From: Pyrinomonadaceae bacterium
GTDB taxonomy: Bacteria > Acidobacteriota > Blastocatellia > Pyrinomonadales > Pyrinomonadaceae
Reading direction: 5' to 3'
Assembly (NCBI GenBank): GCA_046155085.1
Contig: JBJXEG010000011.1
Coordinates: forward strand, 240,855 to 304,854
Length of the DNA stretch: 64,000 nucleotides
The notes below the pieces were generated by a model. It ran no database searches. It was not told where the DNA came from and worked only from the letters and a program-made list of their open reading frames with translations. The position numbers and the translations under genes were made by a program. Below are positions 1 to 8,030 of this stretch, in pieces; within the stretch, counting starts at the first letter, position 1, and each line of letters begins with the position of its first letter.

Positions 1-747
1 ATCGACGCGAAACAACGTCAAACCGTGCGCCGGGGCCGTCTTTCCGGCGAGGTCGCGGTCGCCCGTGACGATGGCCGTCTGAATTGTATCACTATCTTTT
101 TCACCGCGCCCGACCTCGAGCATTGTGCCGACGATCGAGCGGACCATGTATCGCAGAAAACCTTTTGCACTAATGCGAAATTCGATCATCACGCCCTGCG
201 CACGGTCGTCCCAATGCGATTCGACTGTAAAGGCCGTTACATCACGGACGCGGTTATCGCCGTCCGCCTGTGCCGATGAGAACGCCGTCCAGTCATGCTC
301 GCCAAGGAAAAATCTCGCCGCCTCATTCATCCGGCTCACGTCCAGTGGCCTCGCCTCGTGATGGGCGAACCGCCGCCACATCGGCGACATTACCGGTGCG
401 TTGACCACTCGGTAAACATACGTTTTCATCTTTGCCGAAAACCGTGCGTGAAATTCGTCCGGCGTTTTTTCGGCTTTCATTATGCGGATGTCTCGCCACA
501 GATTGCCATTGATAGCGTGTTTGAGCTTGTCGGGCGTAAATTTACCATCAGGCAGCTTTACGTTCGCAACCTGACCCTCAGCATGAACCCCCGCATCCGT
601 CCGCCCCGAACCAACCACGGCGACCTCAGTATCCGCGATCATCCCGATCACACGCTCAAGCTCGCCCTGGATCGTCCGGTCATTTTCCTGGACCTGCCAA
701 CCATGAAAATCGGTGCCGTCGTATTGGATCAATAAGCGATAATTCAT
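1..747 (-). CDS. truA: tRNA pseudouridine synthase A (3' end runs off the window)
   Basis: Absent from the supplied track because there is no stop inside the window. My reverse-strand translation from ATG 747-745 reads MNYRLLIQYDGTDFHGWQVQENDRTIQGELE...VVGSGRTDAGVHAEGQVANV...FLRYMVRSIVGTMLEVGRG and stays open through base 1. GRTDAGVHA is the TruA catalytic loop. ATGA overlap with the pyrE stop. Confidence 0.9.
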   Translation of the reverse strand, partial: MNYRLLIQYDGTDFHGWQVQENDRTIQGELERVIGMIADTEVAVVGSGRTDAGVHAEGQVANVKLPDGKFTPDKLKHAINGNLWRDIRIMKAEKTPDEFHARFSAKMKTYVYRVVNAPVMSPMWRRFAHHEARPLDVSRMNEAARFFLGEHDWTAFSSAQADGDNRVRDVTAFTVESHWDDRAQGVMIEFRISAKGFLRYMVRSIVGTMLEVGRGEKDSDTIQTAIVTGDRDLAGKTAPAHGLTLFRVD

Positions 748-1328
748 CCTTTTCGATTCGATCTGCTTCCGGGTTTGACCGCATCAATGCCCTGTGCGCA
801 CATTGGACATACATCGGGTGAATAACTTGGCACATCGAGACTGACAAGCGAAATGCGCGGAACGCCGACATCCGCCTCTCCATTCGAGCGGTCGATTATC
901 GATGCGGCGGCGACCACTTTTGCCCCGTTTTGCTCAAGAGCGGCTATGCATTCCCGCGTCGAGCCGCCGGTCGTAATTACATCTTCGACAACCAGAATTC
1001 GCTCGCTCGGCGAAACGGTAAATCCGCGCCTTACGGTCATCACGCCTTCCTGACGCTCTGTCCAGATAAACCTAACGCCCAATGCCTGCGCTACCGCAAA
1101 TCCAATAATTAGACCGCCGATCGCAGGGCTTGCAACAGTCTCAACACCGTCGGCCAGACCCCGCTTAGCTAATTCGCCTACGATCTCCGCTCCGAAAAAG
1201 ACAGCATCCTTTGGATCCTGCAGCGCAAGAGCGCATTGCAGGTATTGCGGGCTGTGCAATCCGCTCGATAGAACAAAATGCCCGTCGAGCAAGGCGTTCG
1301 TCTCCTCAAATCTCTTCAAAATATCCAT
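744..1328 (-). CDS. pyrE: orotate phosphoribosyltransferase
   Basis: ORF 744-1376. PRPP loop ILVVEDVITTGGST. The likely true start is MDILKRF (ATG 1328-1326). Confidence 0.88.
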   Translation of the reverse strand: MDILKRFEETNALLDGHFVLSSGLHSPQYLQCALALQDPKDAVFFGAEIVGELAKRGLADGVETVASPAIGGLIIGFAVAQALGVRFIWTERQEGVMTVRRGFTVSPSERILVVEDVITTGGSTRECIAALEQNGAKVVAAASIIDRSNGEADVGVPRISLVSLDVPSYSPDVCPMCAQGIDAVKPGSRSNRKG

Positions 1329-1398
1329 CAGAAATTGCCGTACGAAAAAACTCTGCCAGCTCAATAAACTCAGCAAACTCTGCTAAACTCTATCTAAG

Positions 1399-2241
1399 AT
1401 GACACCGTATCCTAACCTAATTTCCGAGTCATTGCTAATAAATGAGACCGTTGCCCTGCTGCGTTCGTTTGGCGGCAAAGCGTCGGCGGTTAGCGTGGTT
1501 GATTTTGTAATGAAGATCCGCAAACCCGACCCGATGCTCGCGCGTCTGTTGGTTACCGACCTGATCGAGCGCGACCCGCGACTCTCGCTAAACATGGACA
1601 CGGTTGAGCTTAGGCTTGACGAAAATGAGAATCGCGAACTTGCCCTGACTGAGTTTGTCGTCTTTGATCTCGAGACGACCGGGGCCAAGGCGCCGCCGTG
1701 CCGGATCACTGAGATCGGAGCTTACCGCGTGAGAAACGGCGAGGTGACTGACAAATTTGAGACGCTGGTCAATCCCGAAATGCTGATCCCGCCATTTATA
1801 ACACAGCTTACAGGCATCAGTGATTCGATGGTCGCGGAGGCACCGCTTTTCTCGGATATCGCCCCTGATTTTCTGACCTTTATTGGCGATTCGGTGCTCG
1901 TGGCCCATAATTCGGGCTTTGACATGAGGTTTCTCAATCACGAGGTCGGCCGCGTTTTCCCTGATTACCGAATGGCAAATCCATGCCTCTGTACGGTCCA
2001 GCTTTCGCGTCGGCTATTGCCGCACATCGCCAATCACAAGCTAAAGACCGTCGCCGAGCACTACTCGATCGACCTCGTCAACCATCACCGCGCGAGCGCC
2101 GATGCCTACGCGACCGCCCATATTTTTGTAAATCTGCTGGCAAAACTTCACGACGGCGGCGTCACTGACCTCGCGGCGGTGCGAAAAATGAGCTCGCGTA
2201 AGAATGGATATGTGAGGCAAGCTCAGAACCACCTGAGATAA
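1399..2241 (+). CDS. DnaQ/epsilon-like DEDDh 3'-5' exonuclease with ~95-aa N-terminal extension
   Basis: Exo motifs VVFDLETTG, VAHNSGFDMRFL and HRASADAYAT. Confidence 0.8.
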   Translation: MTPYPNLISESLLINETVALLRSFGGKASAVSVVDFVMKIRKPDPMLARLLVTDLIERDPRLSLNMDTVELRLDENENRELALTEFVVFDLETTGAKAPPCRITEIGAYRVRNGEVTDKFETLVNPEMLIPPFITQLTGISDSMVAEAPLFSDIAPDFLTFIGDSVLVAHNSGFDMRFLNHEVGRVFPDYRMANPCLCTVQLSRRLLPHIANHKLKTVAEHYSIDLVNHHRASADAYATAHIFVNLLAKLHDGGVTDLAAVRKMSSRKNGYVRQAQNHLR

Positions 2242-2350
2242 AGGGCGGAAGTCTTAGAACCACCTGCCAAAGCGGGCGGAACGAACTATAATATCAAAGG
2301 CGCTTAAACGCAGCGTACTTGCCGCCGCTTACGCAGGCGGTTCTGACATT

Positions 2351-2743
2351 ATGAATAATCAACAATTAGATATCCGCCCAACTCCGCGAAGCGATATGGA
2401 TCTCTTTCCGCTTGATACTTTTTCGTATGAATTTGCGGGTAAGGAGATCTGGGTCGAGTTTGAAATGCCTGAATTTACGGCGATCTGCCCCTTTTCCGAT
2501 TTCCCCGATTTTGGTGTTATCCGGCTGAAGTATGTCCCGAATAAATTGTGCGTCGAGCTAAAAAGCCTGAAACTCTACATCAACTCATTTCGAGACGTTA
2601 AGATCTTTCATGAGCACGTCGTAAATGTCATTCTGGAAGATTTTGTCGCGGCCTGTGATCCGCTAAAAGTCGAGATCGAAGGCGATTATCATGTTCGGGG
2701 AAATATTAAGACAGTTGTGCGTGCCAACTACACGAAGTCATAA
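2351..2743 (+). CDS. queF: NADPH-dependent 7-cyano-7-deazaguanine (preQ0) reductase, type I
   Basis: 130 aa. [15 protein letters not shown] (catalytic Cys region) and the [12 protein letters not shown]...FHE motif are typical of unimodular QueF. Confidence 0.88.
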   Translation: MNNQQLDIRPTPRSDMDLFPLDTFSYEFAGKEIWVEFEMPEFTAICPFSDFPDFGVIRLKYVPNKLCVELKSLKLYINSFRDVKIFHEHVVNVILEDFVAACDPLKVEIEGDYHVRGNIKTVVRANYTKS

Positions 2744-2773
2744 TTACGAATTTCAAATTACGAATTACGAATT
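2742..2773. repeat. left arm of perfect 32-bp inverted repeat (AATTACG heptamer-based)
   Basis: AATTACGAATTTCAAATTACGAATTACGAATT. Its exact reverse complement lies at 3129-3160. Confidence 0.97.
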
Positions 2774-3117
2774 GTTTTTTGTTGTTACTTGGATCTTGCC
2801 GATGATCTTGAGTAGTTCTTCAATGTCATTTAACAAACTCTCGGCCTCCCGCTTTTCGAGATAATCGGTTGCTAATAAGAGGCTTATCCAGTATTTCGTT
2901 ACCTCGCCTCTTTGTAAGCAATACTTAATTTTGAGATGAAATCCGGTCTTGACTGACCGCCGACGGCTTCTTGAGCGTTCGCTCCAATCGCAGTGCCACT
3001 TCGTAAAAATTGTCTAGATAGAACGTATTCTTTCTTCTTCTCGACTAAGAATTTATAGGCCTTAACAGTCCTGATCGCGAATGCAAAACTCTTGTCGAGC
3101 AAAACATTATCTTTCAT
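2765..3117 (-). pseudogene. four-helix-bundle protein (23S rRNA intervening-sequence protein / Avd-like family), frameshifted
   Basis: ORF 2899-3117 gives MKDNVLLDKSFAFAIRTVKAYKFL...LRSGTAIGANAQEAVGGQSRPDFISKLSIAYKEAR then a stop. The family continues in another frame as TKYWISLLLATDYLEKREAESLLNDIEELLKIIGKIQVTTKNNS* (stop at 2765-2767). A 1-nt indel lies at about 2899-2902. Confidence 0.8.
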
Positions 3118-3128
3118 ATGGACTCTTT

Positions 3129-3160
3129 AATTCGTAATTCGTAATTTGAAATTCGTAATT
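3129..3160. repeat. right arm of perfect 32-bp inverted repeat
   Basis: AATTCGTAATTCGTAATTTGAAATTCGTAATT is the exact reverse complement of 2742-2773. Confidence 0.97.
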
Positions 3161-3168
3161 GGCTTTGT

Positions 3169-3933
3169 TCAGGCGTAGGTGCGTGCGACGCCCCGGCCGA
3201 GCAGGCGGTTATATTCGTCGTTGACGACGGCGTAGCATTCGCACACGGCTTTTTCGAGACCGATACGGTCGAGGACGGTTATGGTCCCGCGAACATTTTT
3301 TATCAAATTTTTCGCTGAGAGCTTTTGTGCGGCAAGCGTCACGCCCTCGCGGCGGACACCGAGCATATTTGAGATCAGGTCGTGGGTCATCACGAGCTTG
3401 TCGGAATCGAGCCGGTCGTGGCTGAGCAGCAGCCAACGGGAAAGCTGTTCTTCGACCGTGTGGAGGCGGTTGCAGACGGCGGTTTGCGAGATCTGGGCTA
3501 TCAATGCCTGAGTGTATCTGAGCAGAATCTTTTGAAACGGCCCGCCGAGCGTAAATTCGTCCTTCATATCCTTGGCTTTCATTCTAAAGCCAAATCCCGC
3601 GCTCTGGATGATCGCCCGGTTGGTAGTCGTCTCGCCGCCCATAAACAGCTCGACCCCCAAAATGCCGTCGTTGCCGACGACACCGATCTCAGCGGTCGCT
3701 CCGTTTTCCATAATATAGAGCAGGGAAACGATCGCCGTCGTCGGAAAATAGACGTAATCCATGCTGTCGCCCGACTCGTGCAGGACCTGACCGAGCTTTA
3801 GCGAAACGCGATCGAGCTTACCCGCGATGCGGTCAAAGTCGTGATCTGTCAGACCGGCGAGGATATAGTTTTTTAGAGCCTCGTGTTTTTCGGCGGCATC
3901 GGGCATATTCTTGTCGTTAGTCTCGAAAATCAA
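3169..3933 (-). CDS. Crp/Fnr family transcriptional regulator
   Basis: cNMP-binding-like barrel plus C-terminal HTH (LISNMLGVRREGVTLAAQKL). Confidence 0.85.
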   Translation of the reverse strand: MIFETNDKNMPDAAEKHEALKNYILAGLTDHDFDRIAGKLDRVSLKLGQVLHESGDSMDYVYFPTTAIVSLLYIMENGATAEIGVVGNDGILGVELFMGGETTTNRAIIQSAGFGFRMKAKDMKDEFTLGGPFQKILLRYTQALIAQISQTAVCNRLHTVEEQLSRWLLLSHDRLDSDKLVMTHDLISNMLGVRREGVTLAAQKLSAKNLIKNVRGTITVLDRIGLEKAVCECYAVVNDEYNRLLGRGVARTYA

Positions 3934-3983
3934 AGTGAGGAATATTCCAAAAACATAAGTTTATCAAACTTATGAAACTATTA

Positions 3984-3999
3984 TGTGCGATAACGCACA
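3984..3999. promoter_or_regulatory. CRP-type palindrome TGTGCG-N4-CGCACA, candidate autoregulatory site
   Basis: TGTGCGATAACGCACA has perfect 6-bp arms and lies 51 nt upstream of the Crp-family start at 3933. Confidence 0.5.
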
Positions 4000-4145
4000 A
4001 AGCAAAAAAAATGAAAAAGGGGCTAAACCGGAAACCTGACAACGAATAGATTAACGACGAATGAAATTAAGTAAATAGCCGATTTTGGCGTAATTTGTCA
4101 AGCAGATTGGACAGTGAGAATCGTGAATATCGAGTGCGTCGACCG

Positions 4146-4859
4146 TTACTTCTTGTCGTAGTTGGGATGGTTTTTAGAAATGATCTCATAGCAATCGCAG
4201 GTTACGTCCCGTAGGCCTTTTAGGTCCAGGATAAGAAGTTTTCCACGGTTATAGCTGATAAGCCCCCGGTGCTGGAGTTCCCTGGCGGCCTTATTGACCG
4301 CCTCGCGTCGCACCCCGACCATATTCGACAAAAATTCCTGTGTTATCTCGAACTTGCCCGTCCTCATCCGGTCATGTGTCATCAGTAACCAGCGGGCCAT
4401 CCGTGCCTCGATCGGGTGATAACGGTTGCATGCCGCAGACTGCGCGGTTTGCGCCATCAGTGAGTGGGTAAAGCGCTTTAGGATCCGCGACATCTCGTCG
4501 CTGTTTGCGCACTCGGCCAAAAAATCCGCCGTCGTCATCCGCAGGGCGACGCCTTCGCCCTGAACGAGCGCAAGGTTGTTTGACGTTTTTACACCCAAAA
4601 ATACCGGCAGGCCGAGCATACCTTCGCTGCCGACGATGCCAACCTCAAGCGTAGATTTTTCTTCGACGGTTGAGAGCAGCGAAACGATCCCGCTCTCGGG
4701 AAAAAAGACATGCTTGATTAGCGCTGCCGTCTCATAGATCGTTTCACGATAGACCAGATCGACGCGTTCGAGCTTTTCAAAACAATGCTTGTAATCCTTT
4801 TCCGGCAAGGCAGCAAGGAGGCGATTGGTGGTGGTTATTATTGTATTTAGATTAGTCAT
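4146..4859 (-). CDS. Crp/Fnr family transcriptional regulator (paralog of 3169-3933)
   Basis: ORF 4146-4952. The likely start is MTNLNTII (ATG 4859). HTH is FLSNMVGVRREAVNKAARELQ. Confidence 0.85.
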   Translation of the reverse strand: MTNLNTIITTTNRLLAALPEKDYKHCFEKLERVDLVYRETIYETAALIKHVFFPESGIVSLLSTVEEKSTLEVGIVGSEGMLGLPVFLGVKTSNNLALVQGEGVALRMTTADFLAECANSDEMSRILKRFTHSLMAQTAQSAACNRYHPIEARMARWLLMTHDRMRTGKFEITQEFLSNMVGVRREAVNKAARELQHRGLISYNRGKLLILDLKGLRDVTCDCYEIISKNHPNYDKK

Positions 4860-4984
4860 TCGTTTTGCTCCTGCTCTGGTCGCGGGTTCCAAAAAACCGT
4901 GCACCCGAAACGCTTGTGAAACGAAACGGACGTCGAATGACGACTCTCTCATTAACTAACGTATGACAATTTTCACCGGGGCGT

Positions 4985-5000
4985 TGTGCGGTAACACACC
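4985..5000. promoter_or_regulatory. second, degenerate CRP-type site
   Basis: TGTGCGGTAACACACC, i.e. TGTG-N6-CACA, shares 13 of 16 nt with the 3984 site. It lies 126 nt upstream of the second Crp gene. Confidence 0.35.
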
Positions 5001-5218
5001 GACAGCGACGCCGGCGCATGAGCGTACACCGCAGCCGCCAAACGTATGGAAGCGCACATACAGCTTTATCCATAACTGTTTAACTTGTTTCTATCTCCGG
5101 GCCTTCCGGTATGTAGATTGGAGATCCATGTATATGAAACGGTTTCTATCTTCGATGTACTGGTTAAAAGAGGGAGTATTTAATTTATTTAGAAAAGAAA
5201 AATAGTGGTATCGAGGAC

Positions 5219-5563
5219 GTGCCAATAATCAATATGAACGATATAGCTGTCAACCAAACGATAATCGAAACTTATAAACGGCCGCTCGCCCCGGCCCTAC
5301 GCCCACCGGTGCCCCTAACCATCTTTCAGCGGCTGCAAAAACAGGACGCCTCGGCCTTCGTCGATTGCGTTGATGCCTACGCTGATTTCATCTGGGCTCT
5401 CGCAACTAGGTTCACAAATTCGGAAGACGAAGCAAAAGCAGCCGTCGCGGAAATGGAAAGCGACATTCGGCGATGTGCCGAGACCGGCGCACCTCTCACG
5501 GAAGAGGATGCCCGCCTTAGCTCCGTCATCGCCTGGCGGCGGTTAATAAAATTTCTGGAGTAA
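5219..5563 (+). CDS. hypothetical protein resembling sigma-70 region 2 only
   Basis: FQRLQKQDASAFVDCVDAYADFIWALATRFTNSEDEAKAAV looks like ECF sigma region 2. There is no region 4. The start is uncertain (GTG 5219 or ATG 5234). Confidence 0.4.
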   Translation: MPIINMNDIAVNQTIIETYKRPLAPALRPPVPLTIFQRLQKQDASAFVDCVDAYADFIWALATRFTNSEDEAKAAVAEMESDIRRCAETGAPLTEEDARLSSVIAWRRLIKFLE

Positions 5564-5619
5564 TTCCGGGAATATCTATGGTGATGCATAGATAGTACTG
5601 ACAAGGGGTCACAAGGGGT

Positions 5620-5663
5620 GGGACGGACAGGCAATAAATATATTTCGAAAGCCTATCCGTCCC
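5620..5663. repeat. 13-bp stem hairpin (12/13 paired), preceded by tandem ACAAGGGGT x2
   Basis: GGGACGGACAGGC-N18-GCCTATCCGTCCC. ACAAGGGGT occurs at 5601-5609 and 5611-5619. Confidence 0.7.
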
Positions 5664-5706
5664 TAAATCTATCTCTCGATCATAGAATAAAAGATCGTGA
5701 ATTATT

Positions 5707-5880
5707 ATGGCAGAAGAAAATGGAACAGGCAGCAACGCCGTTTGGGCGATCGCACTGGTGGTGATCGTCGCGATAATTGCAGGATTAGTCTATTACAGCG
5801 GTATCTTAAAAACGAGACCAGCAAAAAATCAGGTTGACATCAATGTAACGGCGCCGGCGGCACCCGCACCCGCCCGGTAA
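5707..5880 (+). CDS. 57-aa single-pass membrane micro-protein
   Basis: My translation: MAEENGTGSNAVWAIALVVIVAIIAGLVYYSGILKTRPAKNQVDINVTAPAAPAPAR. It falls below the track's size cutoff. Confidence 0.45.
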   Translation: MAEENGTGSNAVWAIALVVIVAIIAGLVYYSGILKTRPAKNQVDINVTAPAAPAPAR

Positions 5881-5899
5881 TGAATAAGGAGTGAATACT

Positions 5900-6049
5900 A
5901 TGGCAGAAAATAATATATGCGAACATAAAATGTGCAATTGCACCGTCACTGGCGATGAGCAGTTTTGCAGCGATCACTGCCGCGAAGCGTCCTCCCATGG
6001 CATGGCTGAGATCGCTTGTGACTGCGGATGCCCTGGCTGTAAACTATAG
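5900..6049 (+). CDS. 49-aa Cys/His-rich metallothionein-like (SmtA/BmtA-like) peptide
   Basis: My translation: MAENNICEHKMCNCTVTGDEQFCSDHCREASSHGMAEIACDCGCPGCKL, with 9 Cys and 3 His. An AAGGAG RBS sits 8 nt upstream. The C-x-C...CS..C...C-x-C-x-C..C spacing is reminiscent of bacterial metallothioneins. Confidence 0.55.
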   Translation: MAENNICEHKMCNCTVTGDEQFCSDHCREASSHGMAEIACDCGCPGCKL

Positions 6050-6258
6050 TGTCAAAGGACGTTATAAAAGTTGACGGCGAGGACGTGGTGGTGCGCGAAG
6101 ATACGGCCAAGGCCTATCGCTTTGTTCATTGGGGCGTGATCACGGCGGCGATCGGCCTCATAATAATGATCGCCTTATTTGCAATATTTTTCTGGCGGGC
6201 GGCAAGCGACGGTAAGCTTGTCAGCCCGGCTGATAGCAGCAAGTCGACCAGCCGGTAA
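6049..6258 (+). CDS. 69-aa single-pass membrane protein
   Basis: The GTG start overlaps the preceding TAG by 1 nt. TM segment is WGVITAAIGLIIMIALFAIFFW. Confidence 0.5.
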   Translation: MSKDVIKVDGEDVVVREDTAKAYRFVHWGVITAAIGLIIMIALFAIFFWRAASDGKLVSPADSSKSTSR

Positions 6259-6278
6259 ACGAGGTCTTTCTCTCAGCC

Positions 6279-6818
6279 CTAATGGGTCGCCGCCGTTGCA
6301 ATGATCGTCGGCTGGATGATGCGATGCTTGAGACAGGCCGCCTCGATCAGGGCGTGTATCTCGCTCTCCATCAGGCCGTGATCCTTCTTATCCGCATTCG
6401 AAACCTCAGAGATGATCAAAAATTTTGCTTTCTCAAGCATCGTCTGTTCACGAAACGAGAGTTTCTTTTCGTAACTGATAAACGTCAGTTTTTTTAGTAC
6501 GTCCGCCGCCTCAAATATATCGCCCGAGTGGAGCTTGTCAGTAAATTCGCGCGAGCGGGTCTTCCAGTCGCACGAAACACACTCGAAATCTTCGGACAAG
6601 CTCTCAATCAGCTCGCGGCATTTTGCGGAGCTGATGATCGGCCGTATCCCAACACTCTCCGCGTTGACCGCCGGGACAAATATGGTTGAATTATCATGCA
6701 GGACCCGCAGGGTATAACCATCCATCTTGCAATCGCCGATCGTGCAAGTTGTGGTTCCCTCGACCAGGCAGATGCCCTGATTCGGATACGCTACTTTTTG
6801 ACCTATATTTAGCTGCAT
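6279..6818 (-). CDS. carD: CarD/CdnL family RNA-polymerase-binding regulator
   Basis: MQLNIGQKVAYPNQGICLVEG... is a CarD_TRCF-like N-domain. A GAGGAAG RBS precedes ATG 6818. Confidence 0.75.
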   Translation of the reverse strand: MQLNIGQKVAYPNQGICLVEGTTTCTIGDCKMDGYTLRVLHDNSTIFVPAVNAESVGIRPIISSAKCRELIESLSEDFECVSCDWKTRSREFTDKLHSGDIFEAADVLKKLTFISYEKKLSFREQTMLEKAKFLIISEVSNADKKDHGLMESEIHALIEAACLKHRIIQPTIIATAATH

Positions 6819-6962
6819 CTTCCTCGTCTCTCCCAAGGATCCAGAGACCGGAAACGAAAAGCGTGAAAGTTCAAAAAAACGACTTCTCCGCGAGAAATTG
6901 TCACTCGGTATAAGATGAGTATAACACGTCGGGCGGCCGGAGCGTAAGAAAAATTTGCGGTA

Positions 6963-8021
6963 TTATGCTGGCAATTCGATTCGAAATGTCGTCCCGGCTC
7001 CGAGCCCCGATTTGACCGAGACCTCTCCGCCATGGAGCTTAGCAAGATGCTTGACGATCGCGAGTCCGAGACCGGTGCCGCCCAGATCCCGCGAACGCGC
7101 ACGGTCAGTGCGGTAAAACCGCTCAAATATCCTGCCAATGTGTTCGGGCAGGATACCCTCGCCGGTATCGATGACGGAGATCGCGTCCTTGCCGTCCGCC
7201 TGCTCCAGCGTGACTGTCACACTTCCGCCGTCGCGGTTAAATTTGATCGCGTTGTCGATCAGATTAGTGAGCATCTGTTCGAGCCGTACCACATCGGCAA
7301 AAACGGTACCATTTTCCGGCACCTCGTTTCTGAGCGCGATACCACGCTCACGGGCCTTGGCTGACAGCGTTGCGAGCACGTCCTGCGTTGCCGAAAAGAG
7401 TTTTACTTCGCGCATCTCAACCGTGACATTGCCCGATTCGATTAGCGACAGCTCGAGGATGTCGGCGATCAGGCTGTGCATCCGCTCGGCGTTGCGGCGG
7501 ATGACACCGAGAAAACGGCGGTTATTTTCGACATCATCCATGCCGCCGTCTTCGAGCGTCTCGACAAAGGCGAGGATCGATGTGAGCGGGGTTCGGAGTT
7601 CGTGTGAGATGTTGGAGAGAAACTCTTGCCGGACGGATTCGAGGCGGTCGATCTGGGTCGTCTCGTAAAAAAACCCAATCGCATGGGTCACGCCCTCGAG
7701 ATCGATCGGCGCGACGTGAACGTCAAACTTGCGGTTTCCTGTGCGGGTGAGCTCGAGCCGGACATCCGATGAGACTTGAGTATGAACAGCCCGGCGAAAA
7801 GCCTCGTGCAGGTCGAGATCGCGGATCACCTCGCTCAACCGCTTGCTCTCGATGTCGAGTCCGTCGCGGCCAAACGCCACGGCTGCCGGCACATTGCAGT
7901 TAGCGATCCGCATGTCGCGGTCAATGACCAACACGCACTCGCGTGTCGTATCGAGAATCTTCTGCAGCATCCGGTCGAACGATAACGTACCGACCGGCTC
8001 ATTGACCGCAACGGAATTCAT
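6963..8021 (-). CDS. cytoplasmic PAS-domain sensor histidine kinase
   Basis: H-box SHELRTPLTSI and N/G boxes (DNAIKF, DTGEGI, GGTGLGLAIV). No TM segment. Confidence 0.88.
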   Translation of the reverse strand: MNSVAVNEPVGTLSFDRMLQKILDTTRECVLVIDRDMRIANCNVPAAVAFGRDGLDIESKRLSEVIRDLDLHEAFRRAVHTQVSSDVRLELTRTGNRKFDVHVAPIDLEGVTHAIGFFYETTQIDRLESVRQEFLSNISHELRTPLTSILAFVETLEDGGMDDVENNRRFLGVIRRNAERMHSLIADILELSLIESGNVTVEMREVKLFSATQDVLATLSAKARERGIALRNEVPENGTVFADVVRLEQMLTNLIDNAIKFNRDGGSVTVTLEQADGKDAISVIDTGEGILPEHIGRIFERFYRTDRARSRDLGGTGLGLAIVKHLAKLHGGEVSVKSGLGAGTTFRIELPA

Positions 8022-8030
8022 AACCCCTGT

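Larger units (their letters stand above)
2742..3160. mobile_element. IR-bounded mini-cassette carrying a four-helix-bundle gene (IVS-like insertion)
   Basis: Perfect 32-bp terminal inverted repeats (2742-2773 / 3129-3160) enclose a single small gene. The left IR overlaps the queF stop codon. Confidence 0.4.

Noticed and set aside
25-735. Plus-strand track ORFs (25-279, 125-361, 295-735) at the left edge
   Set aside because: Their translations are of low complexity. The opposite strand gives an uninterrupted, clearly TruA-like protein across the whole interval, so these are shadow ORFs.
2282-2350. preQ1 riboswitch in front of queF
   Set aside because: I could not find the preQ1-I hallmarks: a short P1 stem followed by an A-rich tail of the type AAAAAACUA ending in the SD. 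I also found no preQ1-II-like or preQ1-III-like features. Only the repeat and hairpin elements reported as a finding are present. A covariance-model search is needed to be certain.
2742-3160. Diversity-generating retroelement, considered because the Avd family is related to the four-helix-bundle gene
   Set aside because: There is no reverse transcriptase and no template/variable repeat pair anywhere nearby.
4963-5205. 80-aa plus-strand ORF between the Crp gene and the sigma-like ORF
   Set aside because: It has no RBS, an odd composition, and spans the probable promoter/operator region of the Crp gene.
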